Origin: TPA_inf: Saccharomyces
Lineage: Eukaryota
Direction of reading: 5' to 3'
DNA: 64,000 nt
NCBI GenBank assembly: GCA_000146045.2
Contig: BK006934.2
Span: 256,001-320,000, forward strand
Position 1 is the stretch's first letter, and each line of letters opens with the position of its first letter. Positions 15,401 through 25,383 of this stretch are shown piece by piece. The notes below the pieces were generated by a model, which was not told the DNA's origin, searched no databases, and was given only the letters and a program-made list of their open reading frames with translations. Made by a program: the position numbers and the translations under genes.

Positions 15401-15548
15401 AAATGTATTTGACTGCAACCAATCTTTTCTCTCTAACATCTTTAGCCAATGATACATAACCATATGAACCTTCACTGATATCCTCTATTTTTTGATATCG
15501 ATTATTCAAAATACCTCCTTCTTTGTAAATCTCGTAATCTAAAGTCAT
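12459..15548 (-). CDS. KSP1: Ser/Thr protein kinase KSP1 (1029 aa)
   Basis: 1029-aa ORF with an N-terminal kinase domain (GSYGYV, VAVKY, HRDIKPENIL, DWG) followed by a long disordered tail rich in Asn, Ser and His. Confidence 0.95.
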   Translation of the reverse strand: MTLDYEIYKEGGILNNRYQKIEDISEGSYGYVSLAKDVREKRLVAVKYIFKLEDDGQYDGPQDDENDCDSSDCDDDEDTKVDTDRHENENGNASSNNGSSREKKHNLYKHKKSLISSKVKSRLSNNICLEAMYEVDIQTKIGRHQNIAALLDFFDSYIIMEYCSGGDLYEAIKADAVPKKTKSITHIITQIMDAIEYVHNKGIYHRDIKPENILISGIDWTIKLTDWGLATTDKTSMDRNVGSERYMSPELFDSNLDIKERKEPYDCAKVDLWAMGIVFLNIVFHKNPFSIANQSDKSFCYFAANREALFDVFSTMAYDFFQVLRYSLTIDPANRDLKMMRTELQNLSEYTLDDEYYNNLDEGYEETMIDGLPPQPVPPSSAPVSLPTPISSSNKQHMPEFKKDFNFNNVNERKRSDVSQNQNVASGFFKKPSTQQQKFFNQGYNTTLSTHERAKSAPKFKFKKRNKYGRTDNQFSKPVNIEDRKKSKILKKSRKPLGIPTPNTHMNNFFHDYKARDEFNTRDFFTPPSVQHRYMEGFSNNNNKQYRQNRNYNNNNNNSNNNHGSNYNNFNNGNSYIKGWNKNFNKYRRPSSSSYTGKSPLSRYNMSYNHNNNSSINGYARRGSTTTVQHSPGAYIPPNARNHHVSPTNQFLRVPQSTAPDISTVLGGKPSYQEHYTQDSMDSEGDHDSDDVLFTLEEGDHDFVNGMDNLSINDHLPHTTVGSHNEVFVHASTNHNNNGNNNHIDTNSTTNQYHRQYIPPPLTTSLHINNNNNESNELPDLLKSPASSEAHLNLSSGPIDPILTGNIGNRYSHSSDSKELEQERRLSMEQKFKNGVYVPPHHRKSFNLGTQVPPMNMKTSNEATLSVSHNSVNFGGSYNSRRSSANESNPLHMNKALEKLSSSPGAKSSFVGFPKPLLPRNHSSTTIALQNEDVFADSNNDAIIFEDEEYEGESDKMAHGKMEGGDNESSSTSPDERQIFGPYEIYAQTFAGSTHDKKLGAGRKTSIQDEMVGSLEQYKNNWLILQQQD

Positions 15549-16626
15549 CGAGTTTCAAAAAATTGTAAGAAAAAAATATTGCACTAACTTTACGTGTCTT
15601 TTTGTTTTGTATTTGAAATTTCTAAGTTTTTGGAAGTTTTTAATTTTTTTTTTCCTTTTTTATTTTAGGTTAAAGTATAGTGAAAGAATAGTAGGGTTAA
15701 CGGAGAGAAAGAATCCGGTAATATGCAGTCTATAAGGCCTATAAGATTTGATGGCGGGTATGAAGCAGGTTTTTTTTTTTTGGCTTTTTCTTCTAAGAAA
15801 AAATTTATAGAGAAAAGATGTCTTTAATTATAACCTATTCTTTTTTTTTTTGCCAGCTAATACCAGTAAGTTTTGTTTTTTTGCGACACTAGATTGGAAG
15901 AGTAGAATCAGAAAATGAACCTTCTGTAAGTATAAAGAAGTCTTTTTTCTCTTTGATACTACTGTATTCGTGGTGTCCCTTTTCAGAAAACTATAGCTTT
16001 GAGCCTGTATGCTATTTTTCTATTTCCTTCTTTGCAGTTCTTTTTTGAGCAGAGAACAATATCCGGGTCACGTGAAAGTTAGATAAGCATGCAAAGATAG
16101 CCAGAGAGATTTCGAAGTTGAATAAAACAAGGGAATGGGTCACTTGTTATATTCTTTACAGATTGAGAGTGCAGTAATATTCTGCGGACGCCAGTAAGTA
16201 CTGTTTGAGGTTGTATTTTTATAGTAGAGGACACTTGAGACTGTGTAAAATGCGCTCACCAAAAAAAAGGGTCTGTTTGCGATCAACAAACAAATAATAA
16301 GATAAGTTAGGGAAAAGAAAGGTGAACACTGTTGCGGAATGCGTGGACTGCTTGTGTAAAAATGCTAGTAATGAGGGAAGTGTGGACTTGATATGGCCTG
16401 TTGTGGAAGCCTGAGAGTTCTTTCACGTGCTGTGTTCGGCCCGCCTATATAGGGACAAATTGTTAAAAAGATAAATAAATATAATCTGCCTCGGAAGGGG
16501 TTGGGAACGCCCGGCAGTAGCGATGAGGGTAACGGGACGATATTTAGAAGTGAATGCTGAAATAAATGGTGTGAAGGCCTCTTGTATGTCGTCTCATATA
16601 GGGCTAAAACGAAGCCATCGTGCACA

Positions 16627-17616
16627 ATGGTAAGTTCATTCAGTGTTCCCATGCCAGTAAAACGGATATTTGACACATTTCCGTTACAAACATATGCTGC
16701 GCAGACTGACAAGGACGAGGCCGTTGCATTAGAAATACAGCGGAGGTCCTACACATTCACAGAACGCGGTGGTGGAAGCTCTGAGTTGACTGTGGAGGGG
16801 ACGTACAAGCTAGGTGTTTACAACGTTTTTTTGGAGGCAAATACAGGGGCGGCATTGGCCACAGATCCATGGTGTCTGTTTGTTCAGCTTGCGCTGTGTC
16901 AAAAGAATGGTCTAGTCTTACCCACGCACTCGCAGGAACAAACCCCATCGCATACCTGTAACCATGAAATGCTCGTTCTGTCCCGTCTTTCTAACCCCGA
17001 TGAGGCCCTACCTATTCTAGTTGAGGGTTACAAGAAGAGAATTATAAGATCCACCGTGGCAATCAGCGAAATTATGAGGTCTCGGATACTTGATGATGCT
17101 GAGCAGTTGATGTACTATACGTTGCTGGATACCGTGCTGTACGATTGTTGGATCACGCAAATAATTTTCTGTGCCTCAGATGCGCAATTCATGGAATTGT
17201 ACTCTTGCCAGAAGTTAAGTGGTTCGATAGTCACTCCATTGGACGTAGAAAACTCTTTATTACAGAAGTTGTCCGCAAAGAGTTTGAAGATATCCCTAAC
17301 AAAGCGGAACAAGTTCCAGTTCCGCCATCGAGAAATCGTCAAGAGTATGCAAGGAGTTTATCACAACCATCACAACTCCGTTAATCAAGAGCAGGTCTTG
17401 AACGTTTTGTTCGAGAATAGCAAGCAAGTTCTTTTAGGTTTAAAAGATATGTTGAAAAGCGACGGGCAACCCACTTACTTACATCTGAAAATTGCAAGTT
17501 ACATTCTTTGTATAACGAACGTTAAGGAACCCATAAAGCTAAAGACATTTGTTGAAAACGAATGTAAAGAATTGGTCCAGTTTGCACAAGACACCCTGAA
17601 GAACTTCGTTCAGTAA
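16627..17616 (+). CDS. SAM35: SAM35, mitochondrial outer-membrane SAM-complex subunit (329 aa)
   Basis: The track ORF starts at TTG 16582. The first ATG, at 16627, gives 329 aa, the length I recall for Sam35 (MVSSFSVPMPVKRIFDTFPLQTY...). Confidence 0.9.
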   Translation: MVSSFSVPMPVKRIFDTFPLQTYAAQTDKDEAVALEIQRRSYTFTERGGGSSELTVEGTYKLGVYNVFLEANTGAALATDPWCLFVQLALCQKNGLVLPTHSQEQTPSHTCNHEMLVLSRLSNPDEALPILVEGYKKRIIRSTVAISEIMRSRILDDAEQLMYYTLLDTVLYDCWITQIIFCASDAQFMELYSCQKLSGSIVTPLDVENSLLQKLSAKSLKISLTKRNKFQFRHREIVKSMQGVYHNHHNSVNQEQVLNVLFENSKQVLLGLKDMLKSDGQPTYLHLKIASYILCITNVKEPIKLKTFVENECKELVQFAQDTLKNFVQ

Positions 17617-17699
17617 TCACTTTCAAGCTGTAGTATGTAAACGATATAGATGAAGTTTTCGTGTGTATAAATATATGAACTCTAGAGTGTTGCATAATT

Positions 17700-17787
17700 T
17701 GAAACACAGCATTTCTTTTCGGAGAGCTCGTTTCAAAATGAAACAAACGCCGTTGTCCGTTTTCGTCTCAATAGAAAAAGTGAAACA
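17700..17787 (+). promoter_or_regulatory. Cluster of three pheromone-response-element heptamers (TGAAACA) upstream of STE12
   Basis: TGAAACA at 17700-17706, 17739-17745 and 17781-17787, all on the + strand and 390-470 bp upstream of the STE12 ATG (18174). Confidence 0.55.
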
Positions 17788-18173
17788 GATAAAAATTGTT
17801 TTAAAAGAAACGAATTTGCAACATCTTAAGATATATCAAAACTAATACAAAACAGCCTAAAAAAGATTGAACAACTCTTCGCGGTCAGGTCTCGACACCA
17901 TAAATCGAAGTACTCGTACGCTAGTTTTCTCGCACATAGTACCACTACGTTCCTTTTACAATTAGATTACTTCTTTTTAGTTGACTTTTTTGAGACGTTC
18001 GTGCCATTCATAAAATAGGAAAAGATAACAGGTAAGCACTGAAGACTTGTTTTATAAGTGTCCCAAGCGAGACCTAGAGTGGATATTGATATTTCTCAAA
18101 CAAGACTCGTCGAAGAAAACACACTTTTATAGCGGAACCGCTTTCTTTATTTGAATTGTCTTGTTCACCAAGG

Positions 18174-20240
18174 ATGAAAGTCCAAATAACCAATAGTAGA
18201 ACAGAGGAAATCTTAAAAGTTCAAGCTAATAATGAAAACGATGAAGTCAGTAAAGCTACTCCGGGCGAAGTTGAAGAATCGCTAAGGTTAATCGGCGATC
18301 TAAAATTCTTTTTAGCCACAGCGCCGGTAAATTGGCAAGAAAACCAAATTATAAGGCGATACTATCTGAATAGTGGACAAGGCTTTGTCTCTTGTGTATT
18401 TTGGAACAATCTATACTATATTACAGGTACTGATATTGTCAAATGTTGTCTTTACAGAATGCAAAAGTTTGGGAGAGAAGTAGTTCAAAAGAAAAAATTT
18501 GAAGAGGGTATTTTTTCAGATTTAAGAAATCTCAAATGTGGTATAGATGCAACTTTAGAACAACCAAAGTCCGAATTTTTGTCGTTTCTATTCAGAAATA
18601 TGTGTCTGAAAACCCAAAAAAAGCAGAAAGTATTTTTTTGGTTCAGTGTAGCACATGATAAGTTGTTTGCGGATGCGTTGGAAAGAGATTTAAAAAGAGA
18701 AAGTTTGAATCAGCCTTCAACGACTAAGCCCGTTAATGAGCCCGCCTTATCTTTTTCATATGATTCCTCATCTGATAAGCCTCTCTACGATCAGTTACTT
18801 CAACATTTAGATTCTAGAAGACCATCTAGTACAACAAAATCAGATAATTCGCCTCCAAAATTAGAAAGCGAGAATTTTAAGGATAATGAGTTGGTAACAG
18901 TAACTAATCAGCCGCTTTTAGGCGTTGGCCTCATGGATGACGATGCGCCAGAATCCCCCTCTCAAATTAATGATTTTATTCCTCAGAAATTGATTATAGA
19001 ACCCAATACTCTCGAATTGAATGGTCTCACAGAAGAAACGCCTCATGACTTACCCAAGAATACCGCTAAGGGCAGAGACGAAGAAGATTTTCCTCTCGAC
19101 TATTTTCCTGTATCTGTTGAATACCCTACGGAGGAAAATGCGTTTGATCCGTTCCCTCCACAGGCTTTTACGCCAGCTGCCCCTTCCATGCCTATTTCCT
19201 ATGATAACGTGAATGAAAGGGATTCTATGCCCGTTAATTCTCTTCTTAATAGATACCCCTATCAGTTATCAGTGGCACCCACTTTCCCAGTGCCACCATC
19301 ATCATCGAGGCAACATTTTATGACAAATCGGGATTTTTATTCATCTAACAATAACAAGGAAAAATTGGTATCTCCTAGCGACCCTACCAGCTACATGAAG
19401 TATGACGAACCAGTTATGGATTTTGATGAATCTCGGCCAAATGAAAACTGTACAAATGCAAAATCTCACAACTCTGGCCAGCAAACTAAACAACACCAAT
19501 TATATTCTAACAACTTCCAGCAATCTTACCCAAACGGAATGGTTCCAGGATACTACCCAAAAATGCCGTATAATCCCATGGGGGGGGATCCTCTACTCGA
19601 TCAAGCCTTTTATGGCGCGGACGATTTTTTCTTTCCACCAGAAGGATGTGATAACAATATGCTGTATCCACAAACTGCAACTTCATGGAATGTTTTGCCC
19701 CCTCAAGCTATGCAACCAGCTCCAACCTATGTTGGGAGACCATACACACCGAATTATAGATCGACACCAGGTTCCGCGATGTTCCCATACATGCAAAGTT
19801 CAAATTCCATGCAGTGGAACACTGCTGTTTCACCTTATAGTTCGAGAGCACCATCTACAACTGCTAAAAACTATCCTCCTAGCACATTTTATTCTCAAAA
19901 TATAAATCAATACCCACGGCGAAGAACTGTGGGAATGAAGTCTTCACAAGGAAATGTTCCAACAGGTAATAAACAATCTGTGGGCAAGTCTGCAAAAATT
20001 TCAAAGCCTCTACATATTAAGACAAGTGCTTATCAGAAGCAATACAAAATCAACTTGGAAACGAAAGCCAGGCCAAGTGCTGGTGACGAAGATTCTGCTC
20101 ATCCTGATAAGAACAAAGAAATTTCGATGCCTACTCCGGATTCCAATACTTTGGTGGTCCAGTCAGAAGAAGGTGGAGCTCATTCACTTGAGGTAGATAC
20201 CAATCGAAGGTCCGATAAAAACCTTCCAGATGCAACCTGA
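18174..20240 (+). CDS. STE12: STE12, pheromone and filamentation response transcription factor (688 aa)
   Basis: The track ORF starts at TTG 18156. The ATG at 18174 gives MKVQITNSRTEEILK... and 688 aa. The STE-type homeodomain-like DNA-binding region is at the N-terminus. Confidence 0.96.
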   Translation: MKVQITNSRTEEILKVQANNENDEVSKATPGEVEESLRLIGDLKFFLATAPVNWQENQIIRRYYLNSGQGFVSCVFWNNLYYITGTDIVKCCLYRMQKFGREVVQKKKFEEGIFSDLRNLKCGIDATLEQPKSEFLSFLFRNMCLKTQKKQKVFFWFSVAHDKLFADALERDLKRESLNQPSTTKPVNEPALSFSYDSSSDKPLYDQLLQHLDSRRPSSTTKSDNSPPKLESENFKDNELVTVTNQPLLGVGLMDDDAPESPSQINDFIPQKLIIEPNTLELNGLTEETPHDLPKNTAKGRDEEDFPLDYFPVSVEYPTEENAFDPFPPQAFTPAAPSMPISYDNVNERDSMPVNSLLNRYPYQLSVAPTFPVPPSSSRQHFMTNRDFYSSNNNKEKLVSPSDPTSYMKYDEPVMDFDESRPNENCTNAKSHNSGQQTKQHQLYSNNFQQSYPNGMVPGYYPKMPYNPMGGDPLLDQAFYGADDFFFPPEGCDNNMLYPQTATSWNVLPPQAMQPAPTYVGRPYTPNYRSTPGSAMFPYMQSSNSMQWNTAVSPYSSRAPSTTAKNYPPSTFYSQNINQYPRRRTVGMKSSQGNVPTGNKQSVGKSAKISKPLHIKTSAYQKQYKINLETKARPSAGDEDSAHPDKNKEISMPTPDSNTLVVQSEEGGAHSLEVDTNRRSDKNLPDAT

Positions 20241-20644
20241 TATAATATAATTTTTGAATTTATGATACAAGAATTAAAAATGCGGGCCAGAATTTAATAT
20301 TAAACAATACTCAGAAGAAAACAACAAGGACAATCTGTTTTTATAAATAAAACAATCTTATACAAGACTAGAGCAAACAAAAAGCAAGAAAAAAAGGTAA
20401 TAAATGTAACAAATCTATTAACGTTAGAAAATAACAAAAAAAAAAAAAGAAAAAGATAATATAATATAATACCTTTATATATGTGATTTATCTAGCGTCA
20501 CAGTATGTAATATAAATATCAATGAGTTTCTTAACATGACCTCCAAAACTACATGATCGCTTAGTATTACAATATGTGTTTATCCACTATTTTGATACCA
20601 ACGTAGTATTGCCTTTTATTTTTCAGAATGGCAAAGGCCATCGG

Positions 20645-20653
20645 AAAATTTTT
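20645..20653 (+). promoter_or_regulatory. RRPE-like AAAATTTTT upstream of IPI1
   Basis: GAAAATTTTTCC about 115 bp upstream of the IPI1 ATG (20764). Confidence 0.35.
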
Positions 20654-20763
20654 CCACCAGAAAAAGCGAGATTCCTAATTATAAGGTGAAGGCATCGATG
20701 TTCATAATAGTTAAAAGTTGTAATCAAAAAAGAAAAAGGTGCAGAGATAAACAAAGTTAATAA

Positions 20764-21768
20764 ATGACAAAATCAAGAAAGCAGAAGCAAAAAAAGCAGG
20801 ATTTTTTGAGAAAAAAGTTAAAAGTTGGTAAGCCAAAGGAAAAAGCAAGGAATGCTACCGATACATCTTTCGTTTCCAAGACTATTTCTATTAGAAATCA
20901 ACATTTAGACCAAAATCCACATGATTTAACAAAACGGCTAACGCTCTTAAAGCATCATAACATCAATGTGAGAAAGGAAACATTAACAACATTCCAAAAG
21001 TCAATACCGTCTATAATAAAATCTCGACTTATGACACCATTACTTACTCAAAGTATACCGTTGATTTGCGATGAATCGCAGCAAGTACGTCAGGGACTTA
21101 TTGATCTCGTAGATGAAATAGGTAGTCACGATGCGGAGATTTTAAAATTGCACTGCAACATTTTTGTCTTATACATTAACATGGCAATGACACATATTGT
21201 TACACAAATTCAAGCAGATTCTACTAAATTTCTCTCTCATCTGTTGAAGTATTGCGGAGATGAAGTGGTTAGGAAATCTTGGGTAAAACTTTTGAACGGT
21301 GTCTTTGGAGTGCTCGGTTGGGGACAGGTAGGGAAAAATGATAGCGCTAGCATAGTGCAAACGAAGAAGCGAAACGCCAAATATGTCACTATTCATCTCA
21401 ATGCTCTGTACACTCTTGTTGAATACGGATGTCAGGATGAACGCGCTAGAAGCGACGGAGACACGGCAGAGACTACAGAGGACAGCGGTACGCTACGAAA
21501 CCCATATTTAATCCCAGATTATCCGCAGCCGTTTGAGCACTTGAAACTATTTACCAGAGAATTGAAAGTTCAGGATGCTACCTCCAGTGGAGTAAATGCC
21601 ACACTACTGTCATTGGCAACACAGGATATCGATACTCGAAAAGCGGTATTTATCGAACAATTCCTGCCTATAGTACGTAAGAAAATCGAAGTAATTATCA
21701 AGGAAGGTGGTGAATGTGGTAAAAGTGCAAACAAGCTTAAAACGCTGCTTGCAAAAATCTTTGATTGA
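20764..21768 (+). CDS. IPI1: IPI1, Rix1-complex subunit required for pre-rRNA ITS2 processing (334 aa)
   Basis: 334-aa ORF starting at ATG 20764. Lys-rich N-terminus and HEAT-like helical body, consistent with YHR085W. Confidence 0.88.
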   Translation: MTKSRKQKQKKQDFLRKKLKVGKPKEKARNATDTSFVSKTISIRNQHLDQNPHDLTKRLTLLKHHNINVRKETLTTFQKSIPSIIKSRLMTPLLTQSIPLICDESQQVRQGLIDLVDEIGSHDAEILKLHCNIFVLYINMAMTHIVTQIQADSTKFLSHLLKYCGDEVVRKSWVKLLNGVFGVLGWGQVGKNDSASIVQTKKRNAKYVTIHLNALYTLVEYGCQDERARSDGDTAETTEDSGTLRNPYLIPDYPQPFEHLKLFTRELKVQDATSSGVNATLLSLATQDIDTRKAVFIEQFLPIVRKKIEVIIKEGGECGKSANKLKTLLAKIFD

Positions 21769-22152
21769 CGTTTCATAAGAATACAATATATAATTGATAG
21801 ATTGTACTTTTTTTTTTGTTACCCTCAGGAGAGGCAGGGCGAAAAATGCAGAATCTTGGATTTTTTTTAAGTAGATCTAAGTTTGTTTATTTTTCAAATA
21901 CTATTGGCACAAAGGGAAGGGCTTTTCAGGGATTATTCAGATTCGAGTTGGTGGTGAAATTGTGTGTGCGTACATCCTTATATCAGAGCTTTCCTTTAGT
22001 GACAACATTTAAATCGACGTGACCTTATTCGGGTAGTCAAACACCGAACCATATTCTTTGCCCTTAGGTTACTTTCCCTTCATTTTATCAGCTTAGTCGA
22101 TTAAGTTCGTGTCTATATCCCGTCAAAAGTTCCTAATACATTGCGGGTACAA

Positions 22153-23724
22153 ATGTCCTATAAACAAACAACATATTATCCTAGCAGGGGTAATCTGGTA
22201 AGAAACGACTCATCTCCGTACACTAATACTATTTCCTCAGAAACCAACAATAGCAGTACAAGCGTATTGAGTCTTCAAGGCGCATCTAACGTGAGTTTAG
22301 GGACCACTGGTAACCAATTGTACATGGGCGACTTGGATCCTACATGGGATAAGAATACCGTTAGGCAAATTTGGGCATCTCTGGGAGAAGCGAATATTAA
22401 TGTCCGGATGATGTGGAATAATACGCTTAATAATGGGTCGAGATCATCAATGGGTCCAAAGAATAATCAAGGATATTGCTTTGTTGATTTTCCCTCATCT
22501 ACTCATGCAGCAAATGCACTTTTAAAGAATGGTATGCTTATACCCAATTTTCCAAATAAAAAATTGAAATTAAACTGGGCTACATCCTCATATTCAAACA
22601 GCAACAATTCTCTTAACAACGTGAAGAGTGGTAACAACTGTTCTATATTTGTTGGAGACTTAGCACCAAATGTTACAGAGTCTCAATTATTTGAACTTTT
22701 CATTAACAGATATGCTTCTACTTCTCATGCCAAAATTGTGCACGACCAGGTTACCGGGATGTCTAAGGGCTACGGTTTTGTAAAGTTTACCAATTCTGAT
22801 GAACAACAGTTAGCTCTGTCAGAAATGCAAGGCGTATTTTTAAATGGTAGAGCCATAAAAGTAGGACCCACATCTGGTCAGCAGCAGCATGTCAGCGGTA
22901 ACAACGATTACAACCGTAGTTCTTCGTCACTAAACAACGAAAATGTAGACTCGAGATTTCTTTCCAAGGGTCAATCATTTTTAAGCAATGGAAATAATAA
23001 CATGGGCTTTAAGAGAAACCATATGTCTCAATTCATTTATCCAGTCCAACAGCAGCCGTCTTTAAACCACTTCACTGATCCGAATAACACCACTGTGTTT
23101 ATCGGAGGATTGTCATCACTGGTGACTGAAGACGAATTACGTGCTTATTTCCAACCTTTTGGCACGATAGTCTATGTCAAAATTCCGGTAGGCAAATGTT
23201 GCGGGTTTGTCCAGTATGTTGATCGGCTATCGGCTGAGGCTGCCATTGCTGGGATGCAAGGGTTCCCCATTGCAAATTCAAGAGTTAGACTGTCTTGGGG
23301 CAGGTCTGCTAAGCAAACAGCGTTGCTTCAGCAAGCCATGTTAAGTAACTCTTTACAGGTTCAACAACAGCAACCAGGTTTACAGCAACCTAACTACGGA
23401 TACATTCCATCCAGTACGTGTGAAGCACCTGTTCTGCCAGATAATAATGTTTCATCCACGATGCTTCCTGGATGTCAAATTCTGAATTATTCTAATCCAT
23501 ACGCTAATGCGAATGGATTAGGCTCGAACAATTTCAGTTTCTACAGTAATAATAATGCTACAAATACGCAAGCTACTAGTTTACTGGCTGACACTAGCTC
23601 TATGGACCTCTCAGGCACGGGTGGCCAACAAGTTATCATGCAAGGAAGCGAAGCGGTTGTTAACAGCACTAATGCAATGTTAAACCGTTTGGAACAAGGC
23701 AGTAATGGTTTTATGTTTGCTTGA
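22153..23724 (+). CDS. NAM8: NAM8, U1 snRNP RNA-binding protein with three RRMs (523 aa)
   Basis: The track ORF starts at TTG 22141. The ATG at 22153 gives MSYKQTTYYPSRGNLV... and 523 aa. RNP-1-like motifs are present (KGYGFVKF, CGFVQY). Confidence 0.95.
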   Translation: MSYKQTTYYPSRGNLVRNDSSPYTNTISSETNNSSTSVLSLQGASNVSLGTTGNQLYMGDLDPTWDKNTVRQIWASLGEANINVRMMWNNTLNNGSRSSMGPKNNQGYCFVDFPSSTHAANALLKNGMLIPNFPNKKLKLNWATSSYSNSNNSLNNVKSGNNCSIFVGDLAPNVTESQLFELFINRYASTSHAKIVHDQVTGMSKGYGFVKFTNSDEQQLALSEMQGVFLNGRAIKVGPTSGQQQHVSGNNDYNRSSSSLNNENVDSRFLSKGQSFLSNGNNNMGFKRNHMSQFIYPVQQQPSLNHFTDPNNTTVFIGGLSSLVTEDELRAYFQPFGTIVYVKIPVGKCCGFVQYVDRLSAEAAIAGMQGFPIANSRVRLSWGRSAKQTALLQQAMLSNSLQVQQQQPGLQQPNYGYIPSSTCEAPVLPDNNVSSTMLPGCQILNYSNPYANANGLGSNNFSFYSNNNATNTQATSLLADTSSMDLSGTGGQQVIMQGSEAVVNSTNAMLNRLEQGSNGFMFA

Positions 23725-24265
23725 GCCACACGTGTATATAAAAATGTTTGTTTTCCTTTTGGCCCTTTTTCTTTCTTGGTATTTTCTTTACTTCAGTGTT
23801 AAATTGTATTTGGTCTTAGGCTGACGGTGATATAACAGCGCTTTATTTTCTTTTTTTCATTGCTTTTTATCGTTTTCAAGATTCCATGTCCTTTTATTAA
23901 GTCTTTTTTGTATCGTTATAGTTGCGTTTTTCCTTTTGATTTTCATTTCTTTCAAGGTTATTGTTATTCTTAATTCAATTCAAGATTGTACGCTTTTAAG
24001 CATGTTTATGATTTTCCTTTATTACTTCCATTTACCTTCTTTCCATCACTACTCATTACGGCCTGTCAATTCCTTTTTTGCGTCACCTTCATTTTTTCTT
24101 CTCTGTTCTTTTCTGTATTTGTCGAAAATTTTATATTGATGTATCTTAATTTTATTTTTAGTATTATTATACTGTAAATGTTTCTTACTGTGTCAAGATT
24201 TCCCGTTGCGCTATCTTCCAAGACTACGTAATGCGTTTGTCTCTCTATTCATGTTGTCTCTGTAT

Positions 24266-24624
24266 AGGGGCACGGCGAATTCCTACTCCGTGTCTCTTCT
24301 CCTATATCTTTACACCAAATTTGGCCCATTTTCATTCCCCTTTACGTAGTAGCGGTTTTCGGCCTGCCGGTGCTACGCGTTTCTATAGCTAGTTTCGTTT
24401 TCTCACAAATAAATCCTAGCAGGAGGAAAAGAAAGCGCAGGTTGAAACTCCGTTCAGAAGAAGAAAGCCACTCTTTGAAAATACTGCCCACGCAATTGTC
24501 CCTTTCTGACAATAAGACCCCTTACTACTAGTAAATGTTTTTATTCTCTAAGCTTCTTTTCCTCTAACTTCGACGCTAGAGCAGGCACTACCCTGTTGGG
24601 CCGTACGTAACAACAACGACCCCT
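24266..24624 (+). promoter_or_regulatory. Three STRE cores upstream of RTC3
   Basis: AGGGG at 24266-24270, CCCCT at 24347-24351 and CCCCT at 24620-24624. These lie 200-555 bp upstream of the RTC3 ATG (24820). Confidence 0.5.
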
Positions 24625-24819
24625 TATTTAGTCGAAGGGATCGCCAGAAACAGGGAGCAAAAGATATTTAAGTGATGAGAATCAATTTCGATGATGATCA
24701 CAAGCCAATGTTCTTTAAACTCAATTCTTGACTAATAAAAAAGCAGCTATCAACAAATTCATACTTTGAACAAGCTGATAAAAATAAGAAAACCATCGCA
24801 TACACAAAATAAAATCAAC

Positions 24820-25155
24820 ATGTCTACTGTAACCAAATACTTTTACAAGGGTGAAAATACAGATTTGATTGTCTTCGCTGCATCCGAAGAGCTTGTAGAC
24901 GAATATTTGAAAAATCCATCAATTGGTAAGCTATCTGAAGTTGTCGAACTCTTCGAAGTTTTCACTCCTCAGGACGGTAGGGGTGCCGAGGGTGAGTTGG
25001 GCGCTGCCTCCAAGGCCCAAGTGGAAAATGAGTTCGGTAAGGGCAAGAAGATCGAAGAAGTTATCGATTTGATATTGAGAAATGGTAAGCCAAACTCTAC
25101 CACCTCTAGTCTCAAAACCAAAGGGGGTAACGCCGGAACCAAAGCCTACAATTGA
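24820..25155 (+). CDS. RTC3: RTC3 (YHR087W), a small SBDS-like stress-induced protein (111 aa)
   Basis: The track ORF starts at TTG 24766. The ATG at 24820 gives [22 protein letters not shown]... and 111 aa. Three STRE cores lie upstream. Confidence 0.85.
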
Positions 25156-25383
25156 GTAGCTTTTCCTTCTGTCTGGACAGCCTGCATTGAAATATGCAAT
25201 AAGTTAAATTGGCGTGCTGCCCTGTCATAACGCATGCATTCTTCTTTTACAGTAGTAGAAAGAACAAAAAGGTGTATATTTCAATATACATATTTACGAT
25301 CTATATAACGTTGTATACATTTAATTCAGTGCATTTTTCATTTTCGCGTTCGTCACACATGATTATTTATACAAAGGAAAAGT

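Noticed and set aside
19402-19905. 167-aa + strand ORF in an alternate frame inside STE12 (also 19021-19212 and 19954-20196)
   Set aside because: These are overlapping alternate frames of a verified 688-aa gene. No support.
23936-24177. Small overlapping 63- and 67-aa ORFs in the NAM8-RTC3 intergenic region (near the reported YHR086W-A locus)
   Set aside because: Extremely T-rich, low-complexity translation (FFFSLL...) with TTG starts. I cannot support a coding call from sequence alone.
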